IMG/VR virus record: IMGVR_UViG_3300044821_000131
Location: 1 to 64,000 of that record
DNA length: 64,000 bases
Direction: 5' to 3' (one strand)
Shown: in pieces, positions 43,358 through 51,460 of the stretch
Layout: every line of letters starts with the position of its first letter
Position numbering within the stretch: the stretch's first letter is position 1
Notes under the pieces: model-generated
Database searches by the model: none
The model's input: the letters and a program-made list of their open reading frames with translations, nothing else
What the model was told of the DNA's origin: nothing
Translations under genes and position numbers: made by a program

Positions 43358-43405
43358 AACAGTTAATTAAACCAACGTTGGTCGTTTAACTCATACGAAA
43401 GCCGA

Positions 43406-43434
43406 TTGCCAAACGGGGCCTCAGTAAGTAGTAT
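43406..43434 (+). promoter_or_regulatory. Sigma70-like promoter for the RNAP-fragment genes
   Basis: TTGCCA-N17-TAGTAT, 6 nt before ATG 43441. Confidence 0.6.
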
Positions 43435-43440
43435 TCAAAA

Positions 43441-44985
43441 ATGACCGACGACGTAGCCGCACCCCCGGGAGTGGAAATTACAGCTTGGGATGACTTTCCC
43501 AAGAAACGCCAGCAGATTCTCACTGGCGCTAAAACTGCCCTGCAAGAATCATTTCCCCAATCCTATGGCGGGGTGCGGCTTGAACTACACGACCTCGATT
43601 ACGACAATCCCAAGGAATTCACATTGTCGGAACAGAAGGACGCCCTGATGAAGAACCAGTTTCTCCATCACAAACTCAAGGGTACGTTAAAATTATTCGA
43701 TGAGAAAACCGGTGCGTTGCTGGATCAGAAAACTCAGACGCTCATGCGAGTTCCTTACCTTACCGAGCGTGGTACATTTCTACATAATGGTAACGAGATC
43801 ACCACCAACAGCCAGGCTCGGCTCATGCCGGGCATCTATACGCGGCGTAAGAATTCTGGTGAAATTGAGTCTCAGGTGAACGCCAAGCGTGGATCGGGAT
43901 CATCCTTCCGTGTACGTCTCGAACCCGAGTCCGGTTTGTTTAAGGTCGACATCGGTCAGAGTAGTCTGCGGCTTTATTCGTTGTTGAAAGATATTGGAGT
44001 GTCCGATCAGCAGATTGAGAAGACTTGGGGACCAGAACTGTTGAAGAAGAATCAGGACTCCTACGATGCCAGGGTGTTCGAGAAGGCTTACGATCGATTG
44101 GTGCGGCGTCCCGATCCGAAGGCCACGCGCGAGCAGAAGGTAGAGGCAATCAAGCAGGCTTTGGACAATACGCAGGTGGATCGGTCGGTGGTCATGAGGA
44201 CATTGCCGAATCTGTTCGCCACCAAGTTCTCCTCGATGTTGGCATTCGATCCTACCATGCCTCGGCCGCAGAGCGAGAAGAAGGAATTCAATCACGACGA
44301 TTGCCTGATGCTGGCGGAGCTGTTGAATCAGAAGTTTCATGCTGGCATTCCGTTGGATGCCCCGACCTCAGAGATCGTAGCCATGGTGATGGGTGAAATA
44401 CAGAAGCTCATGCCGTCGGTGAATGAGCAGATGCTGGCACAGACTGTAGGGCAACAGCAGAAAGAGGCGCGATCGAAACAAGGTTATCTGATGTTGAATT
44501 TCGAACCGGAAGACGCCATGAGGTTTTCCAAGTGGTCAAGGCAGAATATCCCGGATTCGAAACTGGGTGCGTCCGGACGTGAAGACACCCCGCATATCAC
44601 TTTGCGTTGGGGTATCAACACGGGTGATATTGGGCACCTGAAATCATTCTTCTCAGAACAGTCCCCAGTCCAAGCCACGCTCGGCGCTCTGACTCGATTT
44701 CCTGGCGTCGACGACGGAAACCAAGATGCACTAGTGGCGCCGGTAGAGTCCGAATCCATTCACAAGCTACACCATGCTGTCGTATCGACGTTTCATTCTC
44801 ATCTCGGACCCGTCAAGTTCAATACCTACCGGCCACATGTTACTCTAGCCTATTTAAGGCGTGGCGAGATGCCGGAATTGGAAGGTAACAAGGAGTTTCA
44901 TGGCCAGACATTCCAGTTGAAGAAGGTGGTGTATTCCAATCCTCGCACCAGCTCGTATATTGACATTCCGCTGGGTACAAATTAG
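43441..44985 (+). CDS. RNA polymerase beta subunit N-terminal fragment fused to a 2H phosphoesterase domain
   Basis: VPYLTERGTFLHNGNEITTNSQARLMPG matches RpoB IPLMTxxGTFIINGxERVVVSQLxRSPG; C-terminal PHITL (44593) and PHVTL (44836). Confidence 0.82.
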   Translation: MTDDVAAPPGVEITAWDDFPKKRQQILTGAKTALQESFPQSYGGVRLELHDLDYDNPKEFTLSEQKDALMKNQFLHHKLKGTLKLFDEKTGALLDQKTQTLMRVPYLTERGTFLHNGNEITTNSQARLMPGIYTRRKNSGEIESQVNAKRGSGSSFRVRLEPESGLFKVDIGQSSLRLYSLLKDIGVSDQQIEKTWGPELLKKNQDSYDARVFEKAYDRLVRRPDPKATREQKVEAIKQALDNTQVDRSVVMRTLPNLFATKFSSMLAFDPTMPRPQSEKKEFNHDDCLMLAELLNQKFHAGIPLDAPTSEIVAMVMGEIQKLMPSVNEQMLAQTVGQQQKEARSKQGYLMLNFEPEDAMRFSKWSRQNIPDSKLGASGREDTPHITLRWGINTGDIGHLKSFFSEQSPVQATLGALTRFPGVDDGNQDALVAPVESESIHKLHHAVVSTFHSHLGPVKFNTYRPHVTLAYLRRGEMPELEGNKEFHGQTFQLKKVVYSNPRTSSYIDIPLGTN

Positions 44986-44994
44986 TATTCGGGC

Positions 44995-45711
44995 ATGCCT
45001 AGTCATAGCAAAGCGCAGCAACGGGCGTTCGGAATGGCCGCCGCTCTCCAAGAAGGTAAACTTTCTCCCAGCAAGGTGTCTCCCAGTGTACGCCGCATTG
45101 CCCGGGATGTATCTCATACGGATGTGCGTCATTTCGCCACTACCAAGCACACTGGCCTTCCTGAGCATGTTGCCAAGCACGCTTCATATCTGAAGCCAAT
45201 GACGGCCGGCACGGCTGTAGGGGATTTTGGCAGACTTGAAGGCAACCCCAATACTTGGAACATGCCGATGCCGCGCTATAACCAAGCTCCTCCAGCGTGG
45301 GCACCCGCGGAGAAGCCCCTGACATTCATGAGCAGTGTCGGGCAGATGGGCAAAGGCTTATATCGTATGGGTATGGGTGGTGCATCCGCGGCTACGATTG
45401 GTCAAAATGGATCTCCTGGCGTGTTGGAGAACACGTTGGGCAATGCCGTACATGGAGTTGGCGATGTATGGTCGGGACAGGGCGCGTGGGGAAAAGTGCC
45501 TGGGTACATCCGGAAGCCTCTGGCACCGATTGCCGGGCCTTGGTATGGTGCTATGAACACCCCCGGGCAGTTCAGTGGTCCCTACGGCAGGTTCTTGGAC
45601 AACTCCGGTCAGGATCGTGCCATGGCTGCTGCTCCTTATACGTGGGCACAGCATAGTTGGCGCGATATGGTGAATGGCTGGAATCAATTCATGAACAATA
45701 AAATGCAGTAA
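44995..45711 (+). CDS. DUF3008-like N-terminus plus Gly/Met/Trp-rich C-terminus
   Basis: MPSHSKAQQRAFGMAAA...VRHFATTKHTGLPEHV resembles the DUF3008 pattern MPAKSKAQQ...FASTKxKGLP. Confidence 0.55.
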   Translation: MPSHSKAQQRAFGMAAALQEGKLSPSKVSPSVRRIARDVSHTDVRHFATTKHTGLPEHVAKHASYLKPMTAGTAVGDFGRLEGNPNTWNMPMPRYNQAPPAWAPAEKPLTFMSSVGQMGKGLYRMGMGGASAATIGQNGSPGVLENTLGNAVHGVGDVWSGQGAWGKVPGYIRKPLAPIAGPWYGAMNTPGQFSGPYGRFLDNSGQDRAMAAAPYTWAQHSWRDMVNGWNQFMNNKMQ

Positions 45712-47163
45712 ATGCTCACTTACGAAAAGATTTTCGCGCAGGCTAAAAAAGCTTTCGTCGAATCCAAATCTGCTACTGCCGAACCGGCTCAGCCCACAGA
45801 GGATACCGTTCCGGTCAATCCTGACGCGATCTTGGCTATCACCAGCAAGTTGTTAGCTGTGACTAGAGGTGAGGCGGATCCGGACGAACGTGATAGCCTT
45901 CAATTTAAAAGAGTTCACACTCCCGATAAACTGTTCGCCGAACGCATTAAGATGGATGCCCATAAACTGCGTAAGATCGCGATGCGTCGCGTTTCGCGTG
46001 TCCGCAATCTATCACCTATCGGTGTGGCGCATTTCGATCCTTACACGGGAGGATTGATCGTTGGGCATCCGTTATCCAGTCCTTTGGAAGAGACGAACCC
46101 GTTATCGCTTACGGAGCAGGCGAGACGCGTGACGCAGATGGGACCTGGTGGTATTCCTTCCTCGGATTCGATCACGGAAGAGGCACAATCTGTGTCTCCT
46201 TCGATATTCGGTTTCTTGTCAGCGATCGAAGGGCCGGAATGCTTTTCAGATGACACAGAGGTGTTCACTTATAACGGGTGGAAGTTTTGGAGTAGCATTA
46301 CAAATTCGGATCGTCTGGCCTGTCGTGATGAACACGGGCAAATGTTTTTCTCGGCCCCTAGTCGCCTAATAGCTGCACCTTATACTGGACCTATGGTCCA
46401 AGCTGACGCTCGGATGTTTCATTTAAAGGTTACGCCGAATCACAGGTTACTTGTCGCTAAGCACATGAGAAAATCACAAGTTCCCACGACTTGGTTTAAA
46501 ATTTTTGCCGGTGATTTTTCTGATCATAATGTTTTGCGATTCGACACCGGCAGCCTTCCATATTCTGGAAATTCTGTTTTAACATGGTCTCTACCCGATT
46601 ATGCTCTTGATAAGTTCATTCCGGAATACTTGTTCGATGCACCAATTTCTGCCCGACAGAAGTTGTTTGAAGCCCTACTTTTGGGAGATGGTCGGATTAA
46701 CAAAAACCACACCAATTTTACCAGCAGCAGCAAACAATTGGCTACTGATTTTGAACGTTTGGCCGTAGGCTTAGGACACACCACCAATTTTAGAAAATAT
46801 TTCGACAAGCGACCCCATGTACAAGCTTGGACTTATGAGATTAGTATTTTGAAGTTGCGCGAGCGCGTGGCGGCTAGAAAACCCAAGTCTGGTGTTGGCG
46901 GGCTGTTTTCGATAGTCGATTATTCTGGTATTGTGTATTGTGCCACGGTTCCCGGCGGCCTGTTGCTGACTCGACGTGGCGTATCTACCGGTGTATGGTC
47001 AGGCAATAGTGAACGCATCGGTGTAGATACGCGTCTCGCTTGGGGCGCTAACGTTGGCTCAGACGGAAAAATTTATCAGAAACTCTTGAATCGCAGGACT
47101 GGTCAGCATCAGTATGTGTCACCGGACGATCTCGTCGGTCGCACGGTTGGTATCCCTGAATAG
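45712..47163 (+). CDS. RNA polymerase beta subunit middle fragment, intein-containing
   Basis: DERDSLQFKRV (cf DDIDHLGNRR), LEETNPLSLTEQARRVTQMGPGGI (cf [24 protein letters not shown]), FGFLSAIEGPE-SERIG (cf YGRICPIETPEGPNIG). Confidence 0.88.
   Translation: MLTYEKIFAQAKKAFVESKSATAEPAQPTEDTVPVNPDAILAITSKLLAVTRGEADPDERDSLQFKRVHTPDKLFAERIKMDAHKLRKIAMRRVSRVRNLSPIGVAHFDPYTGGLIVGHPLSSPLEETNPLSLTEQARRVTQMGPGGIPSSDSITEEAQSVSPSIFGFLSAIEGPECFSDDTEVFTYNGWKFWSSITNSDRLACRDEHGQMFFSAPSRLIAAPYTGPMVQADARMFHLKVTPNHRLLVAKHMRKSQVPTTWFKIFAGDFSDHNVLRFDTGSLPYSGNSVLTWSLPDYALDKFIPEYLFDAPISARQKLFEALLLGDGRINKNHTNFTSSSKQLATDFERLAVGLGHTTNFRKYFDKRPHVQAWTYEISILKLRERVAARKPKSGVGGLFSIVDYSGIVYCATVPGGLLLTRRGVSTGVWSGNSERIGVDTRLAWGANVGSDGKIYQKLLNRRTGQHQYVSPDDLVGRTVGIPE
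46240..47007 (+). mobile_element. Intein (256 aa) with partly deleted LAGLIDADG domain
   Basis: Starts CFSDDTEV, VTPNHRL, only one ALLLGDG motif, ends VYCATVPGGLLLTRRG...WSGN, +1 Ser. Confidence 0.88.
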
Positions 47164-47192
47164 CACTATTTCTGACGGAACACTTAACAGTC

Positions 47193-47222
47193 ACGCGCAG
47201 TAATCCCTTACTGCGCGTTTTT
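47193..47222 (+). terminator. Intrinsic terminator hairpin, copy 1
   Basis: acgcgcagtaa-tccc-ttactgcgcgt-tttt; identical at 51424. Confidence 0.8.
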
Positions 47223-47229
47223 GCATTTT

Positions 47230-47901
47230 ATGAACCTATTATATCTAAAAGATTCAGACGGTAATTGGCGATCACATAGCTACGAAACGTTATCCGATTT
47301 GGCCGGGGAGTTTGCCAAACGTAACATAAAAATCGGCAATCGCGTGGCGATCGGCAATTACGTGACGCTCGGCAATTACGTGACGATCGGCAGTGACGTG
47401 ACGATCGGCAATTACGTGACGATCGGCAGTGACGTGACGATCGGCAATTACGTGACGATCGGCAATCGCGTGGCGATCGGCAATTACGTGACGATCGGCT
47501 ATGGCGTGACGATCGGCTATGGCGTGACGATCGGCAATCGCGTGAAGATCGGCAATGACGTAAAGATCGGCAATGACGTGACGATCGGCGATGACGTGGA
47601 GATCGGCGATGACGTGATGATCGGCAATTACGTGAGGATCGGCAATTACGTGGTTATTCCCAAAGCTGCGAACATCCAACTCCAATACGACCTGGTCACC
47701 ATCAACAACTTGGGATCCCGGAACGCGGCCTTATCTGCTGTTAAAATCAAGGATATCATCCATGTCGCGACTGGGTGCTTCAGTGGCACGATTGATGAGT
47801 TTGAGAAGAGGGTGAAGGAAGTGCATGAAGAGAGTGAGCATGGGATGCGTTACGGTCTGGTTATTGAAGTTATTCGTAAATGGTTTTCGGTACAACGGTA
47901 A
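47230..47901 (+). CDS. Hexapeptide-repeat protein, paralog 4 (18 repeats)
   Basis: 18 x 18-bp units at 47329-47652; shared N- and C-terminal blocks. Confidence 0.88.
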   Translation: MNLLYLKDSDGNWRSHSYETLSDLAGEFAKRNIKIGNRVAIGNYVTLGNYVTIGSDVTIGNYVTIGSDVTIGNYVTIGNRVAIGNYVTIGYGVTIGYGVTIGNRVKIGNDVKIGNDVTIGDDVEIGDDVMIGNYVRIGNYVVIPKAANIQLQYDLVTINNLGSRNAALSAVKIKDIIHVATGCFSGTIDEFEKRVKEVHEESEHGMRYGLVIEVIRKWFSVQR

Positions 47902-47929
47902 ACAAAAACAAACAACTGAAAGGAAACAT

Positions 47930-48355
47930 ATGAGTCTATTACAAGCATTATTCTGGCCGTGGCGTTTCGTCTCGGAGGTCATTGATACCCATCCAACCGC
48001 CGGACAGATACGTCAGGATCTGCAGCAGAATCGTCCGATAGTCGTATCCAATAACACCGGTGTGGCTGTGGGACTACGCCTCGACGGCACGGACAAAGTC
48101 TCACCGCTGGAGGACGTAATCACGCGCAAGGTTGGAAGTCCCGAGGAGCTGCCTCTGGCCTTGGCCTTCGGTGAAGGTGTTGTGTCCGGGTATGGTCTGG
48201 CGGTGAAACGTGCAATCAATCTTCGACGCTCGTCTCTTGCCGAGGATAATAAGTTGCGCCGAGCCGCCTTAGCCGCAGATGCAGCGGCGAGCGAACCGGA
48301 GCCGGCGTCGGAAGCGTTCGTTGGATCAGAATTGTTGCCGGCCTCTGCTGTCTAG
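47930..48355 (+). CDS. Hypothetical protein
   Basis: ATG after an A-rich leader; precedes the AAA operon. Confidence 0.55.
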   Translation: MSLLQALFWPWRFVSEVIDTHPTAGQIRQDLQQNRPIVVSNNTGVAVGLRLDGTDKVSPLEDVITRKVGSPEELPLALAFGEGVVSGYGLAVKRAINLRRSSLAEDNKLRRAALAADAAASEPEPASEAFVGSELLPASAV

Positions 48356-48372
48356 TCGAGATTACACTCAAC

Positions 48373-48408
48373 AAACGCCCGGATCGACTTTTGTCTTTCC
48401 GGGCGTTT
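48373..48408 (+). terminator. Hairpin
   Basis: aaacgcccgga...tccgggcgttt. Confidence 0.55.
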
Positions 48409-48420
48409 CTCTATTTAATA

Positions 48421-50004
48421 ATGAATTTTACTGAGAAATTGGCCGTCTATCTCAAGGCGGCGTATCCCATAATTGGCGTAGAGACGTACGAAGAAGGGCG
48501 TCTGTTGGAGACTGGAATTTATCCATTAAAAATGCCGGTTGAGCGCCGTCTATACCAGTGGGATTGCGCCACCGGTATGGTCGACACAACTGATCGAAAT
48601 AAGCCGGTGAAGCTGGACAAGACCGCGGATCCAATGGCTATGTTGGCCATCGTCTCTGGTAACGTTGAGAGCGCCATTTTCGTGCTAAAGGACATCCACG
48701 CGCATTTCAACAACGTCCGGCACATACGGATGCTTCGGTCTATGATTAAGACGTTATCGAACCGTAAGCAGACCATCGTGCTTGTGGCGCCGAGGCTGAA
48801 CCTTCCGTTTGATCTCCAGAAGGATGTTCAGATGATGGACTTTGCGCTGCCTACCAAAGCTGAATTGTCGGCCATGACAGAAACTTTTATCGAAACTTCG
48901 ATTCGGCGTAATGAGAACGCCGCGTACAAGGAGTTCCGTTTGTCGTTGTCCGATCGCGAGGCCATCGTCGAAGCAGCCACCGGCATGACTAGTATTGAGT
49001 TCTGTAACGCCTTGTCGTCTTGCTCCATTGGACAGAGCCAAGATAATGGCAAGCTTACGATGACCGGTGATTTCCCGAAACGCATCTTCGACGAGAAAAT
49101 TATTAATCTGAAGAATGGATTACTGGAGTACGTACCGGAGGCTGGTGGTTTCGACACGATCGGTGGTCTAACCCCAGTCAAGGAGTGGGCGAAACAACGC
49201 CGTCTCGGTTACGAGGAAGTCGCGCGCAAGGCGCACCTGCCATATCCTAAAGGCTGTCTCTTGGTAGGCTTGCGCGGATGCGGCAAATCGGTTCTGGCCA
49301 TGGCTATCGCTCAAGCATTCAACTTCCCGTTGTTCAAACTGGATATAGGCAAGATCTTCGGTAGCAAGGTGGGTGAATCCGAAGGCAATGTTAGAGAACT
49401 CATCCGTCTATTGGAAGGTCTCGGTCGTGCCGTCATCTACATGGACGAAATTGAGAAAGGTCTCAATAACAGTGCGGCGTCTGGTCAAGGTGATTCCGGC
49501 ACAGGTTCCCGGGTATTCGGGACTCTGATCTCTTGGATGGCCATTAAGAAGTGTCCGGTGTTTCTTATCGGTACAGCTAACAATATTGATGTCCTGCCAC
49601 CTGAGTTGATTCGTAAAGGTCGGTTCGATGAGATATGGTGGGTGGATCTGCCGACGTCCGAGGAGCGGGTGGATATCTTCAACAAACTGCTACAACACAA
49701 GTTTCAACGTGAGTTTGAGGTGACTGGCGTCAAAGACAAACTGATAACCAGCACCAAGGATTACAGTGGCGCCGAGATTGAGGCGGTTATTGAGGCTGCG
49801 TTGTATGAGATGTTGTCTTCCAAGGATAAGAATTTCAGGAAGATTCTGGAGTCGACGATCGAGCGTACCGAGCCACAGGCTCAGATCAATCCAGAGTATA
49901 TAAACAAGATGCGGGAGAAGTCTAAGGCCGGTTATCGCAAGGCTAATGATCCCGAAGTTCATAATGCAAGTGTATCAAACATGTATCGGAAGGTTCAGTT
50001 ATGA
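48421..50004 (+). CDS. AAA+ ATPase, Ycf46-like
   Basis: Degenerate first domain (IFVLKDIH), Walker A GLRGCGKS, Walker B IYMDEIEK, TANNIDVLPPELIRKGRFDE. Confidence 0.9.
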   Translation: MNFTEKLAVYLKAAYPIIGVETYEEGRLLETGIYPLKMPVERRLYQWDCATGMVDTTDRNKPVKLDKTADPMAMLAIVSGNVESAIFVLKDIHAHFNNVRHIRMLRSMIKTLSNRKQTIVLVAPRLNLPFDLQKDVQMMDFALPTKAELSAMTETFIETSIRRNENAAYKEFRLSLSDREAIVEAATGMTSIEFCNALSSCSIGQSQDNGKLTMTGDFPKRIFDEKIINLKNGLLEYVPEAGGFDTIGGLTPVKEWAKQRRLGYEEVARKAHLPYPKGCLLVGLRGCGKSVLAMAIAQAFNFPLFKLDIGKIFGSKVGESEGNVRELIRLLEGLGRAVIYMDEIEKGLNNSAASGQGDSGTGSRVFGTLISWMAIKKCPVFLIGTANNIDVLPPELIRKGRFDEIWWVDLPTSEERVDIFNKLLQHKFQREFEVTGVKDKLITSTKDYSGAEIEAVIEAALYEMLSSKDKNFRKILESTIERTEPQAQINPEYINKMREKSKAGYRKANDPEVHNASVSNMYRKVQL

Positions 50005-51068
50005 TTGATGTTTTTCCGTCTGCTAGTCAGACTCCAAAGTTGTCGGAAGCGGCTCAGGCCGCGTTGCAGCGTACGTTTCAAGAAGGTTGTATTATTATTC
50101 TCAGCATCGGCAAGAAAAGCTGGAGCACCAAGCTCACTCCCGACCTGCTCGGCCTCGACGCGCTTCCCCCCGCCTGTAAAGGTCGATGGGATCTATTGCA
50201 GGAGGAATCCGATCCTGAGAACCCTGAAGAGCAGGACCTGACCAAGAAGGATCCGGCAGCGAAGATCAGTAGTATCGAAGGCAAGGCTCGAAATTACCTG
50301 CGCAAGCAATCTCTGTCCTTCGGCAACGAAGCCCGGGCCAATTTTCGCTTTGTTCGCACGGATATGATGATCGATACTCTGTTGAGTTTGCAGGAGTTCA
50401 AAAAGCAGTACTTCGATGCGGTCGATGAATTGATTTTGGCACTGCCAGCTATCAAAGAGAATCTCAAGCTTAACAAGCCGAAGCAGTGGGAGAAGTTGAA
50501 AGACTTTTATGACGTGGGTAGCGATTTTATCAAGAAGCAGTATTACTTCGTATATGAATCCATGGCCATGGCCTTCCCGAAAGCTTTGGACAGCATGGAT
50601 ATCGAAGATCTGCTTCGGCGACAAACAATCGAGGGTCGGGTTACTGACGAGTATCGGGCCAAGGCGGAGCTGGTACTGCGTGAGCAGTCGATGCAGGCCA
50701 AAGAAACGGCCAAGGGATTCGTTGAGGACACGATCCGGGCGATACGTGGCCAAGCCGTCAAGGCTTTTCAGGAAATCGGGGCTAAGATTCAAAAGGGTGA
50801 CGCGCTTAATAAGAAGAATATCGAGAAGATTCGGGAGGCAGTTCAGTATGTTAAACGTATGGACTTTCTCGGAGACCGTGACTTCGTAACTCATATGTCG
50901 AACGTGGAAAACATGTTGGATGGCACCTCCACCTTCAAGGACAACGATCAAGCCGTGGCCGAATTGGATAAGATTCTGAAGCAGACCGTGGCGTTTGTGG
51001 GGAGTACGACTGACTCCGCAGTAGCGTCCATGACTGAATCGTATTTCGCCAGAAACTTGTCCTTATAG
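50001..51068 (+). CDS. Helical AAA-associated protein (possibly DUF3150-like)
   Basis: ATGA-coupled to the AAA gene; family guess from context and overall pattern only. Confidence 0.4.
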   Translation: MIDVFPSASQTPKLSEAAQAALQRTFQEGCIIILSIGKKSWSTKLTPDLLGLDALPPACKGRWDLLQEESDPENPEEQDLTKKDPAAKISSIEGKARNYLRKQSLSFGNEARANFRFVRTDMMIDTLLSLQEFKKQYFDAVDELILALPAIKENLKLNKPKQWEKLKDFYDVGSDFIKKQYYFVYESMAMAFPKALDSMDIEDLLRRQTIEGRVTDEYRAKAELVLREQSMQAKETAKGFVEDTIRAIRGQAVKAFQEIGAKIQKGDALNKKNIEKIREAVQYVKRMDFLGDRDFVTHMSNVENMLDGTSTFKDNDQAVAELDKILKQTVAFVGSTTDSAVASMTESYFARNLSL

Positions 51069-51092
51069 TTTGGTCGATTTGACGGTTGTCAT

Positions 51093-51120
51093 TTGACGAC
51101 GCATTCATCCGTGCTATCTT
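51093..51120 (+). promoter_or_regulatory. Sigma70-like promoter
   Basis: TTGACG-N16-TATCTT with extended TG. Confidence 0.45.
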
Positions 51121-51175
51121 GATTGCACGTTAAGTACCTGGTGTTGATGTCGACATCCGGGTCTAAATTTAAAAT

Positions 51176-51406
51176 ATGAATGCAAAAGTATCGTCTGATT
51201 GTGCCGAGTTGTCGTCTCCTTCGTCCGTAGTCCAGTTCTTCATTAAGTTGTTTGAAGACAAGCCCGTGTCCGATATCCGGCGTGCTCTCCTTGCAGTCAA
51301 TAGTGGCGGCTATGCCGATCTATTGCCGAATGAGAGCACGGCCTGTCTGGCGGGCAGTGGTCTCATTGGTCTGCTGGTGGACCGAAAAGCCTGTTTAGTC
51401 GAATAG
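51176..51406 (+). CDS. Hypothetical protein
   Basis: ATG after an AT-rich leader. Confidence 0.5.
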   Translation: MNAKVSSDCAELSSPSSVVQFFIKLFEDKPVSDIRRALLAVNSGGYADLLPNESTACLAGSGLIGLLVDRKACLVE

Positions 51407-51423
51407 TGGAATTATCAACAAGT

Positions 51424-51453
51424 ACGCGCAGTAATCCCTTACTGCGCGTTTTT
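51424..51453 (+). terminator. Intrinsic terminator hairpin, copy 2
   Basis: Identical to 47193-47222; identity extends 40 bp through the ATG. Confidence 0.8.
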
Positions 51454-51460
51454 GCATTTT

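Larger units (their letters stand above)
41404..43376 (-). mobile_element. attC array 2 (five consecutive attC sites plus remnants; no integrase seen in window)
   Basis: Sites 41851-41959, 42117-42236, 42442-42552, 42776-42861, 43085-43203; remnants 41404 (GTTATGC), 41625 (GCCTAAC), 43354 (GTAGAAC). Confidence 0.88.

Noticed and set aside
44986-45711. Self-splicing intron or split intein joining the two RpoB pieces
   Set aside because: Both pieces have their own start/stop and non-homologous termini; no intron core or terminal intein halves recognised
47329-47652. 18-bp tandem repeats as a CRISPR array
   Set aside because: No spacers, in-frame coding repeats, no cas genes seen
2771-47685. 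Minus-strand ORFs with ADRHVI repeats (2771-3058, 39581-39772, 47290-47685)
   Set aside because: Antisense shadows of the 18-bp hexapeptide arrays
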